Origin: an uncultured archaeon | Lineage (GTDB): Archaea; Asgardarchaeota; Thorarchaeia; Thorarchaeales; CAZPUN01 | Assembly (NCBI GenBank): GCA_964589775.1 | Contig: CAZPUN010000021.1 | Span: 53,768-117,767 of the forward strand | Direction of reading: 5' to 3' | Length of the DNA: 64,000 nt | Shown: positions 56,529 through 64,000 of the stretch, piece by piece | Layout of the letters: each line of letters starts with the position of its first letter | Position numbering within the stretch: the stretch's first letter is position 1 | Notes under the pieces: model-generated | What the model was told of the DNA's origin: nothing | Database searches by the model: none | Seen by the model: only the letters and a program-made list of their open reading frames with translations | Position numbers and translations under genes: made by a program

Positions 56529-57333
56529 TCTTGTAAATTTCAGTGGTTTCATCAATCTTTATTATATTTGGCGTAAATCCAGTAAAATTAACACTTATGA
56601 CTGATATATCCGACTTAAATCCTTGTCGTAATCGTGCGATATATTTTTCATTTAGATTTACTAATCTGTTTAATGCTGGATCAATTTGAATCCATTTGCC
56701 ATTGACATATGCTTCTAACCATGCATGTCCTATTGTTTCTCCATCCTGTTTATAGTAATATCCAACAATTCGTCTTGCTGGAATTAAGAGTTGCCGTAAT
56801 ATCGAAATTGTTAAATCGGAAAATTCGTCGCAATCCCCTTCTAATGTTTGCATGACTTTTTTGGCACCCAGTCTCTCTGTCAGATTAGTTCTCAATTTGA
56901 TTTTTGAATTTACGAATTTATTTGTTAAAATAATTTTTTCATCGTCCGGGTGAGATCTGATAGATGTAATGAATTCTTGAAGATCTGGTATAAATTCCCA
57001 GAATTTTCGTTCTTTTAGATATTCATTTTTCCATGCTATTTTCAAAGATTCGTCCGATATGAAATTTCGATTTGTTTCAACAATTAGTTCCGCTGTAAAT
57101 TCTCTCGATTCATTCGGATTAAAATTTTTAATTTTCAGTCTTGCAAAGCTATTTCCTTCTGATTTGTGTATTATACGCATTAATGGCTGAATTGTTATTT
57201 TTCTAACGTGCTGCCAAGGTACCTTTGTATTTAGCGCCCATAGACCATTTATATTAGTAATCAAGCGGTCACATTGATTTTGTAATTTTAATTTATATAT
57301 TATTTTAAAAATCATAAATCTACCAAACCTCAC
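56521..57333 (-). CDS. Transglutaminase-like cysteine-protease-fold protein
   Basis: GDCDEFSDLTISILRQLLIPARRIVGYY carries the catalytic Cys. GHAWLEAY carries the His, and IQIDP the Asp. Confidence 0.7.
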   Translation of the reverse strand: MRFGRFMIFKIIYKLKLQNQCDRLITNINGLWALNTKVPWQHVRKITIQPLMRIIHKSEGNSFARLKIKNFNPNESREFTAELIVETNRNFISDESLKIAWKNEYLKERKFWEFIPDLQEFITSIRSHPDDEKIILTNKFVNSKIKLRTNLTERLGAKKVMQTLEGDCDEFSDLTISILRQLLIPARRIVGYYYKQDGETIGHAWLEAYVNGKWIQIDPALNRLVNLNEKYIARLRQGFKSDISVISVNFTGFTPNIIKIDETTEIYKIR

Positions 57334-57397
57334 TACATAAATAGTTTTATACTACTTTATTATAAATTTCTCTTAGAAATGTGTCGAGGAGCCCGAT

Positions 57398-58846
57398 ATG
57401 CCTCTTAAAGATGATGAACCCTTAGAAACTGATGAGAAAATGATTTCTGATCTACTTGATGAACTTGAAGTTCCTGAAGATTTGAAAGCTGAAATTAAAA
57501 CCGGAAAGATAAAGCAAAAATTCATCAAAACTGAAAGTGTAGATGTTGCACGATACAAATTGGATCTTGATAAAGCATCCGGGAAGCTAAGGAGCTCTCC
57601 AGAGCCATATCTTGATATTTCTAAAAATCTCAATAAGCTTAGTGAGCATCTAGAAGTGGATATTGTTCCGGTTCTGTTGAAATTCTATGTTACACTTAAG
57701 GGTGAACTATCTGTTGTAAAAGAATCGATATTGGCAAGAGCAAAATCTCGTGCAAAAATGTCACTTATTAAAATGTTTATTGATAAGGATCTTTCATATA
57801 TCATCGATGATGAATTTTCAAATATTGAATCCAAATCTGGTAGTGAAGTTTTAGAGCCGGTTCTTAATCAAGTACGTGATGTTGCAGATAAACTAAAGAA
57901 GTATGATCGTGAAATCAGAAATAATGTAGCTGAACAACAAAGAACTATAGAAGCATATATTGGGACCGTTTTAAGTGTAGTTGATGATATTTCTAAGTTA
58001 GTTGAAAATATTGATGTAGTTGAGCTACAAAAGCAGCTTAGAGAACGCGATGGTATTATAGAAGCTCTTCGTACGGAATTATCGACTAAAAATATGCAGC
58101 TAAAGGCTCGGGAAAAAGAAATTGAAAATCTCAAAGCAAGAATAAATGAGCTACAAGCAAGAGTTGATGAATTAGAAGAAAATATGGCATCTGGGGAAGC
58201 AATTACTCCAGGTTATGTGTCTGAATTGCGTGAAAAAGTTCGTGCTTTAGAAGCTTCTCGTTCGTTACTTATGAGTAAATATGAAGATGCTTTAAAGCAC
58301 ATTGAAGAATCTGAATCAGAAATCAAAGAATTATCTGATGCTTTAGCCCATAAGAAAATTGAACTTGAAGATGCTTTGTATAGAATTCGCTCATTGGAAA
58401 GTGAGATTGAGGAATTACGTAAGCGACTTGCAAAAGTTACAGAACTTGAAGACGAAATAAAGAAGCTAAAAAGTAGAGATCTAACTCATCTTCTAGAACT
58501 AAAGGAACAAGATCTTAATGTTATGAAAATACAACTAGAACGTGCAACAAAGGAGCGCGACGAATATAAGCAAGAACTCGATGAGTTAAAGGCACGTATG
58601 GAAAAGTTAGACTTGCTAATTGAGCGTGATGCAAAAACCATGGCGTATAAAGTATTAGAAAAACAAAAGCAATCTACCATTCGTGATTTGGCTCGACCCC
58701 TGGGTGTATCCCCGTCCACAGTTCGAACATGGATGAATGAATTTCAGACTCTTGGCTTAGTAAAGTATATTGATGATAATACTGTTGAAATTATTGAGGA
58801 ACCCTTACCTGCTGCAGAAGATGAAGAAAATAAAGAAAGTACGTGA
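57398..58846 (+). CDS. Coiled-coil protein with a C-terminal winged-helix domain (paralog B)
   Basis: Heptad-rich ELEEL, LKAR and IEELRK sequence. The C-terminus is STIRDLARPLGVSPSTVRTWMNEFQTLGLVKYIDDN. It shares Y.IDDEF with paralog A. Confidence 0.55.
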   Translation: MPLKDDEPLETDEKMISDLLDELEVPEDLKAEIKTGKIKQKFIKTESVDVARYKLDLDKASGKLRSSPEPYLDISKNLNKLSEHLEVDIVPVLLKFYVTLKGELSVVKESILARAKSRAKMSLIKMFIDKDLSYIIDDEFSNIESKSGSEVLEPVLNQVRDVADKLKKYDREIRNNVAEQQRTIEAYIGTVLSVVDDISKLVENIDVVELQKQLRERDGIIEALRTELSTKNMQLKAREKEIENLKARINELQARVDELEENMASGEAITPGYVSELREKVRALEASRSLLMSKYEDALKHIEESESEIKELSDALAHKKIELEDALYRIRSLESEIEELRKRLAKVTELEDEIKKLKSRDLTHLLELKEQDLNVMKIQLERATKERDEYKQELDELKARMEKLDLLIERDAKTMAYKVLEKQKQSTIRDLARPLGVSPSTVRTWMNEFQTLGLVKYIDDNTVEIIEEPLPAAEDEENKEST

Positions 58847-58858
58847 GGGTATGCATAA

Positions 58859-59935
58859 TTGAATATTCAGCGAAATAAGATACTCTATGCAGATCCCACA
58901 CAACTTCGAGAAGCCGAAATGTATGAGTCATTACCAGATGGCTCTGTAAAATGTAACTTATGTGCTAGGCGGTGTATCATAAAACCTGGTCGCGTAGGTA
59001 TTTGCCGTGTTCGAGCTAATATTGACGGAAAATTGTATTCGCTAAATTATGGACGATTAAATGGTATGTATCCAGATCCTATAGAGAAAAAACCTCTATT
59101 TCATTTTGCACCCGGTTCGATTACTTTTTCCGTTAGCACACCTGGCTGTAATTTCCGGTGTCAATTCTGTCAAAATCATCACACGGTATATGAACCAATT
59201 GACCATACATCGTTTATACCTCCAGAAGTCATTGTATCTATGGCACAACGGAGCAATTCTCAAGGAATAAGTTATACCTATTCTGAGCCTACTGTATTTT
59301 TTGAAACCGTGCTAGATACAAGTAAAATCGCTCATGAACTTGGACTTTACAACACATTAGTCACGAATGGCTATATGACTCCTGAAGCTATTGATTTATT
59401 AGCTCCTTATATTGATGCAGTAAGTGTGGATTTTAAGGGCTCCGGTAATACATTCTTCTATCGGCGATATATGGGTGTTCCATATCCTGATCCTATTTTT
59501 GATGCATTATTGGCGTACAAAAAACATGGAATTCATATTGAAATTACAAATTTGATATTACCTCAGATAGGTGATTATCCGGAAGATACTAAGCGAATTG
59601 CTCGTTGGGTTGCCGATAATCTTGGTGAAAATACACCATTTCATATAACTGCATTTCATCCTGCTTTTAAAATTCGTAATATTCCTCGGACATCATCAAA
59701 ATTACTCTTGAAGCATTTAGAAATTGTACGTAATGAGGGGTTACAATTTGTATATTCCGGAAATATTCCCGGTATGAGTACCGAAAGTACTTATTGTCCT
59801 AATTGTAATGAACTTGTGATTAGCAGATATAGTGTTTTCTTAAGTTCTAATAAAGCTACTGAGGATGGTCGATGTCCCAAGTGTGGTGCAGATCTTAATA
59901 TCGCAGGACTAAACTGGATGCGGAGGAGTACATAA
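58859..59935 (+). CDS. AmmeMemoRadiSam-system-type radical SAM enzyme (PflX-like)
   Basis: The N-terminal CNLCARRC...GICRVR zinc-ribbon-like motif is followed by GCNFRCQFCQN (CxxxCxxC). A C-terminal CPNC...CPKCG is present. It has a TTG start. Confidence 0.7.
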   Translation: MNIQRNKILYADPTQLREAEMYESLPDGSVKCNLCARRCIIKPGRVGICRVRANIDGKLYSLNYGRLNGMYPDPIEKKPLFHFAPGSITFSVSTPGCNFRCQFCQNHHTVYEPIDHTSFIPPEVIVSMAQRSNSQGISYTYSEPTVFFETVLDTSKIAHELGLYNTLVTNGYMTPEAIDLLAPYIDAVSVDFKGSGNTFFYRRYMGVPYPDPIFDALLAYKKHGIHIEITNLILPQIGDYPEDTKRIARWVADNLGENTPFHITAFHPAFKIRNIPRTSSKLLLKHLEIVRNEGLQFVYSGNIPGMSTESTYCPNCNELVISRYSVFLSSNKATEDGRCPKCGADLNIAGLNWMRRST

Positions 59936-60003
59936 CGAGCCTAGATCATCTAATAAAACTTTCTTGGGAAAAAGTAGGTAATGGTTATTTACCGCATTTA
60001 CTT

Positions 60004-60828
60004 ATGTGGTCCAATAGTAAAATTAAGAAGATCGCTCTAAAATTCAATGATTATTTTTCTGTTGGAATTGTTGGGCCTAAAATTTGTGTAGGCTATGTTG
60101 GTACGGACCTTTATCGGCATCCCTGCCCAGCGCACGAAAAAATTAATGGCGGGACTCAATGTAAGTTATGTTATCAGTTAGATGTAAATGCAGTTTGTTC
60201 TCGATGTACTGGTTCTGGCTGTGATGCTAGTTCAGAACTTCAAAGTAGGTGTATTAATACTCCAACAATCGTCTATATTGCAGGATTCAAAAGTGGTGTT
60301 TTAAAAGTTGGTGTCACTCGTGAATCTCGTGGATTATCACGTTGGCTAGAGCAGGGTGCGGATTTTGCGGTTCGATTAACCACTTGTCCTGATGGTCTCA
60401 AAGCTCGAAAAATTGAAGACTTTATATCTAGTAATTTTGGTATTACAAAAGTTGTACGAAGAAATAAGAAAAAGTTCTTCAACTCGACTCAATATTCATT
60501 TGAATGGTTCAAACACGAATTACATAAGCTATTTTCGAAAGTGCGTGAACTCTTTGGTTGTAAAATTTCATTGGACAATATCTTTAATTTTGAGCCATTT
60601 TATGGTAAGAACATATCCGTTTCTCCTACTGAAATTAATATTCCTCGAGATCTTTCTGATGAAATACGTGTATTAGGTAATATAGTAGCAGTCAAAGGGT
60701 CATTTGTAGTTTTGCAATATGAAAAATCTCATTATCTTATTGACTTTTCAAAAGCTTACGGATATCATCTAAATTGGCAAAGTCAAGTCGCAATGAAAGT
60801 TCAATCGAGTTTAGAGGACTTTTTCTGA
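60004..60828 (+). CDS. Cys-rich protein with a possible GIY-YIG-like core
   Basis: The N-terminal cluster is HPCPAHE...CKLC...CSRCTGSGC...C. TIVYIAGFKSGVLKVGVTRESRGLSRW resembles the GIY-(10)-YIG-R spacing. This is speculative. Confidence 0.3.
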   Translation: MWSNSKIKKIALKFNDYFSVGIVGPKICVGYVGTDLYRHPCPAHEKINGGTQCKLCYQLDVNAVCSRCTGSGCDASSELQSRCINTPTIVYIAGFKSGVLKVGVTRESRGLSRWLEQGADFAVRLTTCPDGLKARKIEDFISSNFGITKVVRRNKKKFFNSTQYSFEWFKHELHKLFSKVRELFGCKISLDNIFNFEPFYGKNISVSPTEINIPRDLSDEIRVLGNIVAVKGSFVVLQYEKSHYLIDFSKAYGYHLNWQSQVAMKVQSSLEDFF

Positions 60829-60894
60829 CTTTATAATTAATTTTATATTGTTAAAAAATAACTAATATAAGATGGTATTGTATCAGGTGGGGTA

Positions 60895-61722
60895 TTGGAA
60901 TTGGACAGTCCTCGATCAAATATACAGTTTATAAGTATAATCCGAAAATTCGGTGGGGAATCGCTTATTTCAGTTGAATATAGTAAAAATTCGGATATCG
61001 ATGAAGATTTAATCTCTGCATTTTTACAGGCATTTTCTATTTTTGCGGGGGCAGGCGATTCTCAAGATGGACTAAGTTCGATCGAAAAAGATGGATTTAA
61101 CTATATTATTGAAACCACTGAAAAAATTCTAGGCGTAATTGTCTTAACTAAGATTGAAGATGAGCAAAATATTCGAAATAAGTTAAAGGAGTTATGTAAA
61201 GAATTTGAGGATATTTATGCATATCATTTAGATAAATGGACTGGTAATATATCTCATTTCAGAGAATTTCTAATATATATAGTTTCTAAATTTCCACTTG
61301 CCAAAATTGATTATGATCTTGTTCCGGTAAAATCTATAGATGGCGCAACAAAAACTGTAGGTCAAACTGCTGAAATTATTGAAACTGTTAAAAAGATGAT
61401 TAACGGGAAGCGAACCGTTTTGGACATAATAAACGCATCAGAAATTCCTGAAGAATTTGTAATCGGCGCCTTATCTTTAATGAAGCGATTTGGTGAAATT
61501 AAGTTTAAGCGGTCTATAAAAGAGGAAGATAAACCGCGAATTGTTGCACCAATTGGACCACAACTCAGAAGATTTTACGCCGATGTGGTTGACCAGTTAT
61601 CCGAGTTATGTACTGGTGAAATGACGATTAAAGAAATATCTTCCAAGTTGGGTATTGAATTTAATACTACTAAGTTTATATTAGAAAAATTAGCTGATTC
61701 AGGATATGTTGAATTCTTATAA
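60895..61722 (+). CDS. Roadblock/longin-like N-terminal domain fused to two winged-helix-like domains
   Basis: ESLISVEYS / EDLISAFLQAFSIFAGA / GFNYIIETTEKILGVIVLTK follows a beta-alpha-beta-beta pattern like Roadblock/LC7. wH-like segments are TVLDIINASEIPEEFVIGALSLMKRFGEI and IKEISSKLGIEFNTTKFILEKLADSGYVE. Confidence 0.4.
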   Translation: MELDSPRSNIQFISIIRKFGGESLISVEYSKNSDIDEDLISAFLQAFSIFAGAGDSQDGLSSIEKDGFNYIIETTEKILGVIVLTKIEDEQNIRNKLKELCKEFEDIYAYHLDKWTGNISHFREFLIYIVSKFPLAKIDYDLVPVKSIDGATKTVGQTAEIIETVKKMINGKRTVLDIINASEIPEEFVIGALSLMKRFGEIKFKRSIKEEDKPRIVAPIGPQLRRFYADVVDQLSELCTGEMTIKEISSKLGIEFNTTKFILEKLADSGYVEFL

Positions 61723-61771
61723 AAATAAGTGAAGCTTTTTGCCCAGTGCCAAATATTGGTACTTCGGGCTT

Positions 61772-62179
61772 TCACATTATTTGGTGTAATATCTTCTTAA
61801 TATTTCTGACAGCCTTTTTAACGTCGTTGAACACTAATCCCAGCTTTGTATCCTGTCCAGCAGTTACAATTATTATATTATCTTTATCAACTGTCATCAC
61901 AACAGTTACACCATTTTCTCCATCAATAATGATAGCTCTAACATTCCCCTGGTTTAGATTCTGTGCTGTTTGGTTTCCTGTTGCATATAATGCAGCAGAT
62001 ACTGCAGCAATAAGAGCTTCATTTTCCTCTCCGGTCATATAATTAGCTACAGGTAACCCTTCAATTGTAAGAACAGCTGCAGAAGTAATAGGTGATGATT
62101 GCACTAGTTCTTTTAACTCTTCTGTAATTTTACTTACTAACGGGCTTGATTCGTATTGGTCTGCATTATTATATCCCAT
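61772..62179 (-). CDS. Roadblock/LC7 (MglB-like) domain protein
   Basis: ITSAAVLTIEGLPVAN...ALIAAVSAALYATGNQTAQNL...VRAIIIDGENGVTVVMTVDKDNIIIVTAGQD follows the canonical Roadblock pattern. It is 135 aa. Confidence 0.7.
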   Translation of the reverse strand: MGYNNADQYESSPLVSKITEELKELVQSSPITSAAVLTIEGLPVANYMTGEENEALIAAVSAALYATGNQTAQNLNQGNVRAIIIDGENGVTVVMTVDKDNIIIVTAGQDTKLGLVFNDVKKAVRNIKKILHQIM

Positions 62180-62267
62180 TCACACCTGCCCCATTTGACT
62201 AATAATATTTTATTATTTTTATTTAATACTATTTATTATTTATTTTTATCTTTTAAAAGTTGGTGTT

Positions 62268-63308
62268 TTAATTCGTTTCTATTGTATCAATTAATTTTGT
62301 ACTTATTAGCCCCGGAGCTTCTATTTTTTCATTTGGTGTTTTCATGATCATTAGAACTTTTTCAGCATCCTCATGTAGTCCATGTTCTCTCAACAACTCT
62401 ATAAATTTCATTCCTGTTGTAATTGTTAGTCCTTTTTCTGGTATACCATTTTTAATGGAATCTAATAATGCTTCTAATGGTATGTTTCTTACTTTTATTA
62501 AGTCATTTTTATGTTTTTCAAGGTGTTTTAGGCCTTTAACTACGATTCCTCTTAATTCCTTTTGGTCTTTTGTCTCTGGTCTTCTTTGCAATATGATCTT
62601 GTACCGCTTGATTCCATTTTCTATCAGGTCTTTAATTGTGATATATTCCCCATATTCATCAATTGGTGACTTTACAGATGTTGAAATTAGCCACGCGGTT
62701 CCGAATTCTTTTGCGTACCTTGCGCCTTTTAATATTTCAGATTCTGCCAGTGGGAAAAATGAACGATATGCCTTGTATTCACATGCAAGTAACCATGAGG
62801 GGTCTCTATTCTCAACTATTAGATCTGGGGTTAATGTGTATCCGGAACCGATTTGTGGTATTGAATAATCTGCATTTGGTGCTAGGATTCGCATCAATTT
62901 TAAAAATGCAATATGGAAAATATTATGTCGTAGGTTGCGTGATTCTTGCGGATGGCGTATTCCTGCAGTATGATATAATTTCGGCATATCTGGGCTGATT
63001 CCTAATTTTCCCTTGATATATTGCTTTGCTGTGATCCTTCCTTCTTTATGTTGTTTTTTAACTAGCTCTACTGCTGCTACATATGCAAGTGCTCGGAATA
63101 ACCTTCTGCCTTCGTCAAGTAACTCATCAATTGGATCGATCGGCTCTGTATAATCTTTGGGTGGTTCCAAGCTCTCTATATCAATATATTGAGCTGCTGT
63201 ATCCAAGTCACCACCCAATAGATTCAATATATTTGTGAATTTTTTTTCAAGATTTTTTGACTGTACATATTTTCGTATTGCTATTTTTTGCTTATTGCTC
63301 AAATCCAT
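62268..63308 (-). CDS. Hypothetical protein with a PD-(D/E)xK-like motif
   Basis: GYTLTPDLIVENRDPSWLLACEYKAY gives a PD...(13 aa)...E-Y-K arrangement consistent with a restriction-endonuclease-like fold. The rest is unrecognised. Confidence 0.3.
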   Translation of the reverse strand: MDLSNKQKIAIRKYVQSKNLEKKFTNILNLLGGDLDTAAQYIDIESLEPPKDYTEPIDPIDELLDEGRRLFRALAYVAAVELVKKQHKEGRITAKQYIKGKLGISPDMPKLYHTAGIRHPQESRNLRHNIFHIAFLKLMRILAPNADYSIPQIGSGYTLTPDLIVENRDPSWLLACEYKAYRSFFPLAESEILKGARYAKEFGTAWLISTSVKSPIDEYGEYITIKDLIENGIKRYKIILQRRPETKDQKELRGIVVKGLKHLEKHKNDLIKVRNIPLEALLDSIKNGIPEKGLTITTGMKFIELLREHGLHEDAEKVLMIMKTPNEKIEAPGLISTKLIDTIETN

Positions 63309-63362
63309 TTTTTTCCCTGTTACTATTTTTTTGAATTGAAATAAATTTAGATTCTGATATTT

Positions 63363-64000
63363 TTAGAAGATTTTCTTTAATAAAGTAATCTCTTGGGTTT
63401 CTTCATTATACGATACCAGTCCTGCATTTACAAGATCGTGTATTGCATGTAAAATTACTGCAGGTTGAATTCCTGTTGCGTTTGTTAAGGCTCTTCTATC
63501 GATTGTTTCTGCTGATGTTTGTAATGTATACAATATTCTAGCATGTGGTTTCCCGGCAAATACGTTTTCAAGCAGTACTACATATATTGACAATAGATCT
63601 GAAAGGTCTAGCTTTTCATCTTCTTTACTTTTTTCAGCGGATAATTCCTTGTATAGGGAACTAATTCTATCTAATTGTTTTTGAATTTCGTTTAATTCTT
63701 GTTCTAATTCTTGTTTCTCACGTATTATTTGTGCCATCTTTTCATCTTTTGCAGATAGGTCCTCGATCATTTTATTTAATTCTTGTTCTCGGCTTTCTGC
63801 GTTTTTCTTAATTTGTTCTATTTGAAGTTCTTTTTCATCGATTTCTTTCTGTAATGTTTCGACTTTTTCTTTAAGCTGAGCAATTTCTGTATCATATTTC
63901 TCTTTATCGTTTTTGAGTTCGTCACGTTCTTTTGTTAATTCATCGATTTTTGTGTTTAGTTCATTAATTTGATTTTCAAGGTTATTTATCTTTTCTTTAT
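63363..64000 (-). CDS. Coiled-coil protein with a C-terminal winged-helix domain (paralog C), 5'-partial; it continues beyond the window end
   Basis: The minus-strand frame stays open from 63770 to 64000 (KEKINNLENQINELNTKIDELTKERDELKNDKEKYDTEIAQLKEKVETLQKEIDEKELQIEQIKK...). The C-terminal wH is ETIDRRALTNATGIQPAVILHAIHDLVNAGLVSYNEE. Confidence 0.5.
   Translation of the reverse strand, partial: KEKINNLENQINELNTKIDELTKERDELKNDKEKYDTEIAQLKEKVETLQKEIDEKELQIEQIKKNAESREQELNKMIEDLSAKDEKMAQIIREKQELEQELNEIQKQLDRISSLYKELSAEKSKEDEKLDLSDLLSIYVVLLENVFAGKPHARILYTLQTSAETIDRRALTNATGIQPAVILHAIHDLVNAGLVSYNEETQEITLLKKIF

Overview
This is an AT-rich archaeal chromosomal window (roughly one-third GC by eye; not computed). 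It is densely packed with about 70 protein-coding genes, many translationally coupled through ATGA or TAATG overlaps and several using TTG or GTG starts. I found no rRNA, no convincing tRNA, no CRISPR array and no transposase or integrase. Gene content is mostly housekeeping and envelope functions. There are also several eukaryote-like signature proteins: two Ras/Rab-like small GTPases, two Roadblock/LC7-like proteins, an Alg13/Alg14 pair and a Nob1-like PIN nuclease. Together with the low GC this suggests an Asgard (Lokiarchaeia-like) origin; that is an inference, not a computed placement. The most unusual signals are these. (1) A dispersed, same-orientation intergenic repeat family of about 160 nt (three full copies plus one or two degenerate ones) with conserved hairpins and apparent compensatory substitutions; it is a candidate small-RNA or 5'-leader element family. 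(2) A family of three paralogous coiled-coil proteins with C-terminal winged-helix domains. Two of them head convergent, mirror-image operons at 57.4–64 kb. Those operons also carry an orphan AmmeMemoRadiSam-type radical SAM enzyme, a Cys-rich GIY-YIG-like protein, two Roadblock-like proteins and a PD-(D/E)xK-like protein. (3) A multidomain protein with an in-frame 27-nt tandem repeat array and a C-terminal Ras-like domain whose P-loop lysine is replaced by Met. (4) A type-I membrane protein with an extracellular domain and a cytoplasmic C-terminal winged-helix domain. (5) GC-rich hairpin and T-tract elements, unusual for this genome, after some stop codons. All coordinates come from the supplied ORF track or manual reading; no database searches were run.
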